A stretch of DNA of 64,000 nucleotides from Basidiobolus meristosporus CBS 931.73 (lineage: Eukaryota > Fungi > Basidiobolomycota). Made by a program: the position numbers and the translations under genes. Shown one piece after another: positions 42,001-52,522 of this stretch; the first letter of the stretch is position 1; each line of letters begins with the position of its first letter. The DNA lies in the NCBI GenBank assembly GCA_002104905.1, contig MCFE01000244.1, positions 52,637-116,636 of the forward strand. The letters run 5' to 3'. The notes below the pieces were generated by a model, which ran no database searches, was not told where the DNA came from, and saw only the letters and a program-made list of their open reading frames with translations.

Positions 42001-45000
42001 GTTGTAGAACAGATATTGTGAATGAATGCTGTTCTTAGAATCGGAATTTCACGAACAACTGTTTCCCAAGCATAATAGAGCCTTTCGCTGTCTAGGTCAC
42101 CAGTAATGCTATATACCTCCTGTACGTGGTAGAAAGAAGAAACCCGGCTATTACCCAGGAGTAGTCCCTCTTGTATCGGTGAGCAAGGAAGAATGTCCTC
42201 GATGTTTTGAAGACAATCATTGCCATATTGCAACTGAATATGGCTTATGAGCCCCTCCAAATTCTGAGGATCGATAGCCAGAAGTGGGAAATCGGAAACG
42301 GTGGCCTCGTTCTTTCTATTCGCGCATAGCTCGGTCAAGTGGAGAAGACTATTATGCCATGATTGTATCCAGCGGTCCATTTCAGCCTTCTGATGGAGAG
42401 AGGTACTATACGATATGGAGGCATACAAGGCGTTCTGTTGAATTGAAACTTCAACCTCAACTGCATTCATACGCACCCAGCTTGGCCCGCATGTATGCAA
42501 GTCAACCGAATATTCCTCTGGGGCAGTTTGGAAAAGAGAATCGGCTTTGTCCAAATATTGAAATCTTCCGAAGTAATTGAAGCCAACCTGTAGTTCATCC
42601 CTGGAAAAGTGGTGCTTATGGTGTTCATTGAGGTATCGAAGAAGGCCATAATTTAATCCGTTGGATGGTAATTTCTTGCGGATTTCTTTGGTTCTCTTTA
42701 GGACTTCAATGATAGGTTCACCTGGCTTACATTCAACCGTAATTGGATATATCGAAGTGAACCAACCGACAGTTCGTGAGATGTCAATGTCATCATTCCA
42801 AGGTTCACGACCGTGCCCTTCAGTGGCGATCGTTAAGGAGGATGCATTAAATGTGCTGCAGTATGAGGAGGCAAGGGTGGATAGCATGAAGTCCATTGCT
42901 TCGGTATTGTAAGCATTATTGCTAACCCCAAACAACAGACTTGTACATTCATCATTTAAGGTGAATGAGAGCATGTTTGTGGTACTGTATGTGTTCGCAG
43001 GTAGCATGGTACGATCTATATCCAAAGGCTGTATTGGTGTTGGAGGTGTCCAATCCTCGCATGTCAAAGACGCCGCACGTTTGATCAGCAGTTTACTCCA
43101 ACTACTAAATGGCAGTGTTCTATACGAGAGAGGCAGATCTCTCAAGAGTCTCTCCAGATCCTCCCAGATAATACGCCACGATATCAGGTCCACTGCGTAA
43201 TGATGGATGCTCATAAATATCAATTGCTTTCCTCCTGGAATGTTGTAAAGTATAAAAGATGCTATTGGGCCGGTGAAAATATTCAAGCTTTGCTGCACTT
43301 TCAGGATGCTTTTTGACAATTGATCTGCATCCGTAATATCTTGCTGATCAATAAAGAAGTTGTTGGCTTCCACCGGTTCTATTCTCTGCTTCCAGCGTTG
43401 GTTCTGATAAGTGAAACGGACTCTCAGCATACAGTGATGCCGTGCGAGCTCAACGAGTGCTTGATTTAGTGCTGCTATACAGATCGGCGATTGTACTTTC
43501 AGTATCCACGATAGATGAAAATGATGAATATTTGATTGTTGGCGCCCAAAAAATTGATGCTGAATTGGAGTGAGAGGGATCTCACTGTCTTCCGCCCCTT
43601 CCTCCAAAAAGCGCCTTTCCAATGCACTGGATGTAAAGTCTGAATAGTTCACCAACTGAGATATTGTAGGATGCTGAAGAATGCTCTGAACAGATACCGC
43701 TACCCCATTCTGTCGACAGCGCGACGCAATTTGGATCGCCGAAATAGAATCCCCTCCCAGCCGATAGAAAGAATCGTCAATCCCGATTGCGGACTTTTCG
43801 ATATTCAGCACCTCTCCCCAGATTTCTTGAAGAATTGCTTCCATCTGTGTTGTGGGCTGGCTTTTCATATCACTCCCGTTTCGCAAATAGGTGACTGAAG
43901 TATCATATGCCTTGAATAAACTCTGTAAAGCTGTCGAATCCACTTTACCACTGGCATTGATAGGCATTCGTGTCAATGGTATCCATATTGTAGGTACCAT
44001 GTATTGCGGCAGTTTCTTCTGAACTGATTGTTGAACATTCTCCAGTTCTACGCAATCCTCAACCATCTCTATTGGCCCGTCTTCGGAAAGCCATTTATCC
44101 GCACTCACGAAGGCGACGAGTGCACTTGTTTCGCATCCAGACTCTTGTCTCCTCTTGAGTAGTCGTACGTATGCCTGGCATACTTGTGGGCATTGGTAAA
44201 TGGCATGCTCAATTTCCTCTAATTCAATTCGCAAGCCATTGAGTTTAACTTGATTGTCTTTGCGGCCTAGGATGGTGATCGATCCATCTGGATTAAATCT
44301 TCCTAAATCTCCGGATCTATATAATCGAGCTTCTCCGCTGAACCGAGGCTTAACAAAAGCGCGGCTAGTTTGAGCCTTATTGTTCAGATAACCACGGGAT
44401 AATTGAGGACCTGCGAAGCAAAGCTCGCCCACAGCTCCGATAGGGACCAATTCCAGTTTGTCATCAAGGATATAGACCCTATTACGTCCTATCGCTCGAC
44501 CGATGTTAGCACAGGACATAGAGGTATTTATGGAGCCGTTAAGCATGGTATATACTGTTGCCTCAGTGGGGCCGTAGCCGTTGTGTAATACAACGCTGTT
44601 TGCCCAGATGTCACGTACAGGCTTTGTGAGCATTTCGCCTCCAAGCTGAAGAAGCCTCAGGGATGGAACATCCGCAGGGTGAAGTAAACTTGCGACAGTA
44701 GTGGTTAGTTGGGCAGCAGTAATATCCATCATGTGTGCTGTACTAGATAGGTTAGTCAACAACCTATCTTTGGAAGCAAGACAGATTCTCGAGCCAACAA
44801 TGAGATTTACAAATATATCAAGCATCGATGCATCGAAGGTGTAGTTCGCAAACTGAAGAAAGCGATCTGTTGGAGTTAATCCAAGGAGGGCTTTGTGGGC
44901 GACTACATAGTTTACAACGCTTCGATGCTCAATCATCACCCCTTTGGGCACTCCGGTCGATCCAGAGGTGAAAATCAGATAGCAAAGATTCGCTGAGCCC

Positions 45001-46211
45001 AGGCTTGGAATAATGGGATTTCCCTTCGTTGAACAGTTATCAGGTGGATGATATTCGTCTACAAAGATGATCCGCGTATCTGAGTATCCTCTAAAGATAT
45101 GCTGCAACTTCTTGGTGGTGATGCAGAAGGTCGCCGAAGTTTGGCAGATGATATGTGAAATACGTTCTTCAGGATACTCCATATCGATAGGAACGTATCC
45201 AGCACCAGATTTAAGAATGGCCAAAATAGCAACAACCATATCTATTGACTTCTCAATGCATACTGGCACTATTTGATCCGGAATGACGCCTAGGTGTATA
45301 AGATAATGGGCAAGCTGGTTTGATCGCCGATTCAATTCGGCATAGGTTACAAAGTCTGTGTCCTCAAATTGGAGCGCAATATTGTCGGGTGTAGATGCAA
45401 CCTGCTTCTCAATCAAGCTGTGAATACAACAATCATCAAGCTCCGGAACGTAGTCGAATTTTCCCATATTCCAAGTATTTAGAATAAGGTCCTTTTCCAT
45501 GTTGGGAACCCAATTCAAATCCTCTACACGGGCGTCCAGATTACGCACCAATGTATTAGCAATATGCACCAGTTGATCCGCAAAGTGTAACCCCTGTTCT
45601 TTGTGGAGAAAGAGGCTTGAAAACATCAGCTCGAAGCTTATACTTCCTTCATCCAGCCATCCATTTAAGCAGACAGCAAACTATATCAAAGATGAGAGTG
45701 GTAAGATTTCAACATCTACCAGTAGAACAATGTGCCAATTTACCTTGGAGTCGGGAGAGGGGTGAGATTTCTTATCGCAAAAATGAACATAAGTATTATA
45801 ACCACTTGGCATGGTACAATCTGATGATTTGGTTGCATCATCGATTGAATATGAATTGCTCGCCAGCTGCTTTAACCAATTTACTACTGTGGTATTTTCC
45901 GACCATTGATCGCATTGTTCTTGGAATTTTTTGTAATCTTGAGGAATCCCCGGAAATTCTTGCTGACAGGGATCCTTGGCCCAGCCAAAAGAGATGTCAG
46001 AAGTATTAGTGTATAGGCGCAGTATAACAATCCAAGCAGCAAGCAGTAGAGTTTTCTCGACAGGCTCTAAGAGCGTTGGTGAGTAATGCTCGTCAATGCA
46101 CATCAAGCTCACACTGTTTGCCTTGGTGATAAGAAAAACCTCGGTCTCCATGACCTCAGTATAGGCCAATTGAGGGAACAAACAAGCGTTATTAGACTTT
46201 GACGAGTTCAT
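21097..46211 (-). CDS. Six-module non-ribosomal peptide synthetase, ~8,300 aa: C(partial)-A1-T-E-C-A2-T-E-C-A3-T-C-A4-T-C-A5-T-E-C-A6-T-E-TE
   Basis: Exons 46211-45744, 45680-36525, 36451-25325 and 25251-21097, joined in frame by GT-AG introns 45681-45743, 36452-36524 and 25252-25324. Six A domains (TSGSxGxPKG, YGxTE, RLYRxGD, GRKDNQ), six GGDS carriers, four E domains (HHxxxD; EGHGRE-type), five HHxxxD C domains, terminal TE (GYSFGG). Confidence 0.95.
25430..39935. repeat. ~3.3-kb near-identical direct repeat pair within the NRPS (A C-terminus-T-E-C of modules 2 and 5), offset 11,194 bp: ~25430-28750 and ~36630-39935
   Basis: Identical or near-identical shadow ORFs at a fixed offset (25943/37137, 26166/37360, 28357/39551); only scattered substitutions by eye. 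Confidence 0.95.
29190..34880. repeat. Tandem module duplication within the NRPS (T-C-A N-terminus of modules 3/4 and 4/5), period 3,273 bp
   Basis: Matching shadow ORFs at a fixed offset (29409/32682, 30105/33378, 30780/34053). Confidence 0.95.
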
Positions 46212-46942
46212 TTTGGTTGCGGTTCCTGGATTTCTAAGCACCACCAGGTTAAAGAAAGCCTTTAAATAGTTGGTCGAATGACGAGACGCTAGCGCGGTCA
46301 GCCAATTACCAGAATGATTTTGCGCTAAATAGTAATAATCACTTTGGTACCTATTGTACCTTGATGGGCTTTACATCTAACTGCCAATCATTTCCTTATG
46401 CGGTAATACGGCCGGCTGTCTTAATCGTAAACCCAGAAATAATAGTCTGTCTGTTTATGATATGATTCCCAGGTGAGTAGGCATACGGCGTAAGACTATA
46501 TACCCTAAAATGGTAATAAGTGCCTGGGGAATGATGGATACACCTATTATAGGGACATTGCATTCTAATAACTGTTCGTCTGAGCTGTGTTGGTTAGCTT
46601 ACAGTGAGGTGTTGTTTTGAGAATGCGCTCTCAAAAAAAGGAGCCCTGGCATTACTATTTCAGTAATGCATGCTGATCTGGTCAGCTATCCCAAGAAACA
46701 AATATAAAGTCTATCTTAGAATATATACTCTGTGAATTGTAGTAATGAATCATGGTTCAGCCTAACAGCTAGCCAGTGGCCCACAGTTTGCTCCGTTGGG
46801 TTTCTGTCTTCCAAAATCATGGATTTAGTCAATTACTATTCTCCAGCTTGACACTGTTTCTTAATAATCTAGCAATTGCACGCAAAACTCAAAGACATTC
46901 ACCAAAAGTTGAGTTCAATTTTATGCAAGCAGTTAGTATATC

Positions 46943-47479
46943 AGATCGCCGCAATTTTGGGAACCAGGATCGCCTGGTGGGTTGATGCCGCGGGTGCGCT
47001 ATCCATAGCACTGCTTATCATGAAATCCTGGACCACCACCGCATATGGTAACTCAAGTACCCTCAAGTAATTACAAGTCTGTCCCTCACCTCGGTCCTTC
47101 TCTTTGTGTAGAGAATATCGAGTTGCTTGTCGGTAAATCGGCGGAACCAAACTTCCTCAAAAAGATTACCTATATAGGTAACGTTGTGAATCCGATTTAC
47201 TTGGCCATCAATATACGGTGCAGCCACTAACTATGCCAATTAGCATTGACCCACCACCCAAAAGTATTACAAGTGGATACCTGTCGTGCGTACTATGCTG
47301 GTAGCAACATGTTTGTGGAGGTAGACATTGTCATGGCGCCAGACACACTGCTAATAGAAAGCCATGAGATCGGCGAAAGTCTACAAACCAAGTTAGAATC
47401 TTTACCCGAAGTAGAGCATGCCTTTGCCCACGTTAATCATGAATCAGATCATTCACCAGAGCACCAGAAAGCACTGTAG
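46943..47479 (+). pseudogene. 5'-truncated cation diffusion facilitator (MTP/Mn-CDF-like) gene fragment
   Basis: Spliced AAILGTRIAWWVDAAGALSIALLIMKSWTTTAY|ENIELLVGKSAEPNFLKKITYI|..THHPKVLQVDTCRAYYAGSNMFVEVDIVM...SHEIGESLQTKLESLPEVEHAFAHV. This is the last TM helix plus the dimerisation domain. No upstream TM-coding exons were found in 46260-46940. Confidence 0.75.
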
Positions 47480-48318
47480 ATACATTTCTTCGGAGTTCCG
47501 ATTTTTGCTGCGACGGGAAATCCTTGATACTTGACTCGCCAGGAGTTTACAACAAATATGACGGCAAGATCGATGAAACATTTAATTACAATCGACAAGT
47601 CATATATCGTTTTAGTAATAAAGTCTGAGGAGGAGGTGTTGACTGCTGATGAACTCTTATTTGGTTTAAAATAGATTCGCCGATTTAGCAGCCACTGGCG
47701 TTGGCCCTAATCATACCTACACTGGCCATATGCAATATATTACTAGATATTCACCACTCCCATCGATGTTCTTGGCCAGGGGAGGTGTCCAAGTGTGCCA
47801 GAATGTGCAGGTATCTGACAAGTTACTGCACTATATAAAATTCAAGTGTCACCACTCTGGAAAATCATGGTGAATATTTAAAGGTGGAAATATATAAATT
47901 TCAATACTATTTTGGGATGAATTATGGTCTGATATTAACAATGAGCACCTTGAAGTATTGCCAATTCTCACAGATATGTAAACTTGCTATGGCTACTAAC
48001 TATTTACTCCTTGAAATATCTGTTGTGCATCAACATTTAAAACTTAGTCAATTTTACTTTGTTAGAAAATTCAGTACCCTAACTGATTTTCCCTAACCCA
48101 AACATAACTAATCCTAGTTATGGTTTATTTTATCTTATCTCAGAATCTTTCTTTAGCTGTCACACCTGATCAACTCTCATGTGGTCATTATGTTATCAAC
48201 CTATCTGCCAAGCCTTCCCAGGTGATTAGTCATCTGTCCAACAACTTAGCAGTTGCCAAGACATCAGCTGATTAATGATGCAATTTTCATTTGTTTTATG
48301 CACCTATCAACACCCCAG

Positions 48319-48840
48319 CAGATTTCAATTAGTCCAGTCTTTTGGCACTTACTAATTCAACTTGATCAAAAAAGTATAAATAAAGTTTACTGAGCATTTT
48401 GGTTTAGTGTGTGCCTCAACAAAACTAAGATTGTGTCTCAGCAAAATTAAGAACTGTTGTATCCAAGAGAAAAGTGTAATAAAACTCTTGAATGAGTTAA
48501 CTGAACCTAAATGATGACTAAGCACAGAATCTTAGAATTGTCAAGGGTGACAGAAATATTAGCAGAGAAGTTCAGGTCTAATATTGGTTTTGTATATAGT
48601 TGAGTTGGGCTATAAAGGCAACAGAGTTGGTTTGCTATACAGGCTAGGCTTGGTGTTCTTGGGAATGCTAGATATGCTAGGCTTGGGTGGAAGCTAAAAC
48701 AGAATTGTTTAATTTTGCTGAGGCACAATCTTAATTTTGTTGAGACACACACTAAACCAAAAGGTTCAGTAATCCTTGTTTATATTTTTCTGATCAAGTT
48801 GAATTAGTAAGTGCCCAGCAACTGGACTAATTGAAATCTG
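48319..48840. mobile_element. Foldback/MITE-like element: ~130-bp imperfect inverted repeats (48319-48450 and 48709-48840) around a ~260-bp spacer
   Basis: cagatttcaattagtccag...ggcacttactaattcaacttgatca...ttttggtttagtgtgtg...cagcaaaattaa recurs as its reverse complement. Confidence 0.7.
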
Positions 48841-48854
48841 TTTGGGTGATGATA

Positions 48855-50704
48855 AGGGTTAGGGGAGGGAAAGTCACCAAGTTGGTGAAATCTTTATTTG
48901 AGTTAAGTGCTAATCTAAGTACAAATAAAGAAGCCAATTAAGAGGTCTAGAACCTCTCTAATAAGTAATCTAATTTATGTTTTGTTGCATCTCTAATGTT
49001 TGTTTCAATAGAGTAAAGCTCATTAGGGGTAAATATAAAATTCAGGGGTTTTGGGGGAAGTACAAATTGTAGATGTTTCTGATCAATATAATCCAAGACT
49101 GGAACCCAGCCTGGGATTAGGTGTAGTAGGAAAGGTGTGTGGACTTGTAAGTAGCTCTGCCACATAGATCTTAGATGGCCCTGAGCCAGTAGTCTTGGTT
49201 TCTCAGCTTTTTGAAGTTTTGAAGCAAGCTCTGTTACTACAGCAGAGCCAACCAGGGTGTGCCAGCAAGAAGATTTCAGGGAGGAGTTAGATTGAAGCCA
49301 TTGTTTGATGGAGGGGTTATGTGATTTCTGAAGTTTGACTAGGAAGGAAGCACGGAGATAGACCATTTGGATTTGGTATGGGTAGAACCCAAAGGCTCCA
49401 TTAGTTGCATGGATATAGGGAGATACTGGAAGATGAGGTACCAAGGATCTGATACACTGATGGAGAAATTTATCCAGGCGGTGAAGTTCTATGAAGGTTA
49501 GGGTATAATGTGGAGACCAAATTCAAGTACCGGCAGTACATACTGCTTCAGAAGTATAGGGATCTTTTGAATTGGAGTGTCTGGAGTGACTACTACCAGA
49601 AGCTTTTTGAGAGCCTGTTGGGCAAGACGGATCCTATTATTCAGGTGGAGCTTTGAGTCAATCCCATGTTGACAAAACGGCAGACCTAGATATATTGCAG
49701 TTTGTTGTGGCAGAATGCTAGTGTTCTGTATAGTTGTAGTGCATCCAATTGGGACTGTCTTGGAAATTGAGAGTGAGAGGTTGTTGGCAGCCAAGTACTT
49801 CTCAATGATGGCAGTGTCTGCTATGGGATTAGGAGTAGCAATCTTGATATCATCCGCATAGAGAGTTAGTAGTGGATAGGGAGAGTCTGGTGAGGGGCCT
49901 TTTGGAAATAAAGGAAAGTCATGTAGGAATATTACAAATAGTAAGGGACCTAGTACAGATCCTTGGACTACTCCATTTGGAACCTCATAAGTCTCTGATG
50001 TACAACTTGGATGCAAAATTTTGGCTGAGTTCTCACAAAATAGAGAACATACAAGAAGGGTCATTAGTAGTGTGGTAACTGCTAATAGCTTTCTCCAAAG
50101 CAGAGCTCTGTCCACAGAGTCAAAGGCTTTAGTAATGTCAAACAGAATGGTTGGCAATGAGAATTGAAGTGAATGATCATGGCTTAGCACTACAGCCATA
50201 TCCAAGGAGAGTTTGGGCAAGAAGCCAAACTGGGAAGGATGGAATGGATATAGTTGAGATTGCAAGGTTCTTGCTATTATAAGCTCAAAGATTTTCTGGC
50301 AGGTTGGTAGGAGTGAAACTGGCCGGTAAGAACCTGGGAGTGAGTGTTTCCCCTTCCCTTTGTATAAAGGTATTACATTTGCCTGTGACCAGGCCTTTGG
50401 GGTAGTCAACTGTTGGGCACAGATAGAGTAGAATGGGAGAAGTAAGTGACTCATTTTGGAGTAGCACACCCGGAGTAGATTGTAGGTAATCAAGTCATGT
50501 CCAGGTGCAGTATTTGCAGGAAGCTTCTTTAAAATTTTCTCCAGAAGCTTTGCTGAAACCAAAATTGGAGATGTTGGACTGCTGGATATGTTACCAGTAT
50601 GGTAGAAAGGAGGAGTGGGATGCATGGTTGAATCAAAGAATATAGGGGCCAGTTTGTCTGGTGATGGTATACTCCTTGCTTGGGGTCTCATGGATTTGTA
50701 TACA
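48855..50704 (-). mobile_element. 5'-truncated non-LTR retrotransposon (LINE family A): RT plus C-terminal domain, 3'UTR ending in CCCTAACCCT
   Basis: RT motifs NTAPGHD, YRPVSLL, QFGF, FDITKAFD, GVVQGSVLGPLLF, LYADD (ORF 49498-~50704). A 1-nt frameshift at ~49500 links to ORF 48947-49444. Tail AATAAAGATTTCACC...CCCCTAACCCT at 48855-48900. Confidence 0.92.
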
Positions 50705-52522
50705 AGGGTTAGGGGGGGGAGACAGTCACCAACAGGTGAAATCTTTATTTCAGTTGAAACAAAGAAGCCAGCGCTACTGTTGTAGCTTTGATACAAGAGT
50801 GTGTAGCTGCGGGGATTTTGTAGGTAAGTTAATAAGAAGTGATGATAGTTCTTCAGTGCTCAAGACACTGTTCAGTGGGAAGGGGGGTAGCAAGAGAGGT
50901 AAGAATGACTTGTGAACAACATTAATGAGGGGAATGTGATAAGGATTGATATTCATCATATAGGGGGTGTGCTGCTGCAGATATTGCTGCCAAAGGTCTG
51001 TCAAGTACTTCAGGTAGGCCAGCTTGGGTTTTTCTGACTGCAGAATAAATTCAGCAAACTTCTTGACTTCAGGATCTCCAAGTATAGTTCTCCAGCAGGA
51101 GCCATGTGTAGTGTGATGTGTTCTCTTCCAGGCCTTAATCAGTGGGTTGTTGCAGTGGTGAAGTCTGAGATATAATCTGGTTCTAAGGTAGAGAAGTCTG
51201 ATCTTAGGGTTAGGGGGGAGACAGTCACCAACAGGTGAAATCTTTATTTCAGTTGAAACAAAGAAGCCAGCGCTACTGTTGTAGCTTTGATACAAGAGTG
51301 TGTAGCTGAGGGGAATTAGTAGGTAAGTTAATAAGAAGTGATGATAGCTCTTCAGTGCTCAAGACACTGTTCAGTGGGAAGGGGGGTAGCAAGAGAGGTA
51401 AGAATGACTTGTGAACAACATTAATGAGGGGAATGTGATAAGGATTGATATTCATCATAAAGGGAGTGTGCTGCTGCAGATATTGCTGCCAAAGGTCTGT
51501 CAAGTACTTCAGGTAGGCCAGCTTGGGTTTTTCTGACTGCAGAATAAATTCAGCAAACTTCTTGACTTCAGGATCTCCAAGTATAGTTCTCCAGCAGGAA
51601 CCAGGTGTTGTGTGGTGTGTTCTCTTCCAGGCCTTAATAAGTGGGTTGTTGCAGTTGTGAAGTCTGAGGTATAATCTGGTTCTAAGGTAGAGAAGTCTGA
51701 TCTTAGGGTTAGGGGGGAGACAGTCACCAACAGGTAAAATCTTTATTTCAGTTGAAACAAAGAAGCCAGCGCTACTGTTGTAGCTTTGATACAAGAGTGT
51801 GTAGCTGAGGGGAATTAGTAGGTAAGTTAATAAGAAGTGATGATAGCTCTTCAGTGCTCAAGACACTGTTCAGTGGGAAGGGGGGTAGCAAGAGAGGTAA
51901 GAATGACTTGTGAACAACATTAATGAGGGGAATGTGATAAGGATTGATATTCATCATAAAGGGAGTGTGCTGCTGCAGATATTGCTGCCAAAGGTCTGTC
52001 AAGTACTTCAGGTAGGCCAGCTTGGGTTTTTCTGACTGCAGAATAAATTCAGCAAACTTCTTGACTTCAGGATCTCCAAGTATAGTTCTCCAGCAGGAAC
52101 CAGGTGTTGTGTGGTGTGTTCTCTTCCAGGCCTTAATCAGTGGGTTGTTGCAGTTGTGAAGTCTGAGGTATAATCTGGTTCTAAGGTAGAGAAGTCTGAT
52201 CTTATAGGGCATAAACCCAAAAGCACCAAGAATAGCATGTCTGTAGGGGCATTCAGGCAAATGAGGCACCAAGGAGGTAATGCACCATACTGCAAACTTG
52301 TCAAGCTTAGTGCAGTCTCTAGAAGTAAGAGAGAGAAGTGGTAAGCCAAATTCCAGGACAGGGAAGACAAACTGCTTGAGTAGAAGAAGGCAGCTGGGAG
52401 CTGAAGTTGTAGGAGGAGTAACAGCCAGTAGCTTGTGGAGTGCCTGTCTTGCTAGGATGATTCTCTTCTTCAGGTGTGCTCCAGAGTCTAGTCCAGTAGG
52501 AAGGAAAGGGTTAGGGTTAGGG
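50705..52522 (-). mobile_element. Head-to-tail array of three 5'-truncated copies of LINE family B (~790 bp + 499 bp + 499 bp), each with a CCCTAACCCT tail; capped by GGGTTAGGGTTAGGG at 52508-52522
   Basis: Exact 499-bp period (gacagtcacc at 50721, 51220, 51719). The encoded protein (LKKRIILARQALHKLL...PVLEFGL...LVPHLP...GAFGFMPYKIRLLYLR) is homologous to the C-terminus of family A. Confidence 0.9.

Noticed and set aside
21276-46009. Many short plus-strand and alternate-frame ORFs, several repeated
   Set aside because: They are shadows of the NRPS reading frame and recur only because the NRPS modules are duplicated.
21097-46244. Four separate NRPS genes, as the ORF track suggests
   Set aside because: Canonical GT-AG introns join all four in frame and restore continuous C-domain sequence.
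49498-51794. ORF-track proteins starting MYQSYNSSAGFFVSTEIK
   Set aside because: These N-termini are artefacts of reading from the neighbouring copy's 3'UTR across the telomeric junction into a truncated element.
50705-52215. 499-bp direct repeats as LTRs or a CRISPR array
   Set aside because: The units are LINE 3' ends with coding remnants. There are no TG...CA termini, PBS/PPT, unique spacers or cas genes.
48855-52522. Penelope-like (Coprina/Athena) identity for the telomere-associated elements
   Set aside because: The RT motifs (YRPVSLL, QFGF, DITKAFD, GVVQGSVLGP, YADD) are LINE-type.
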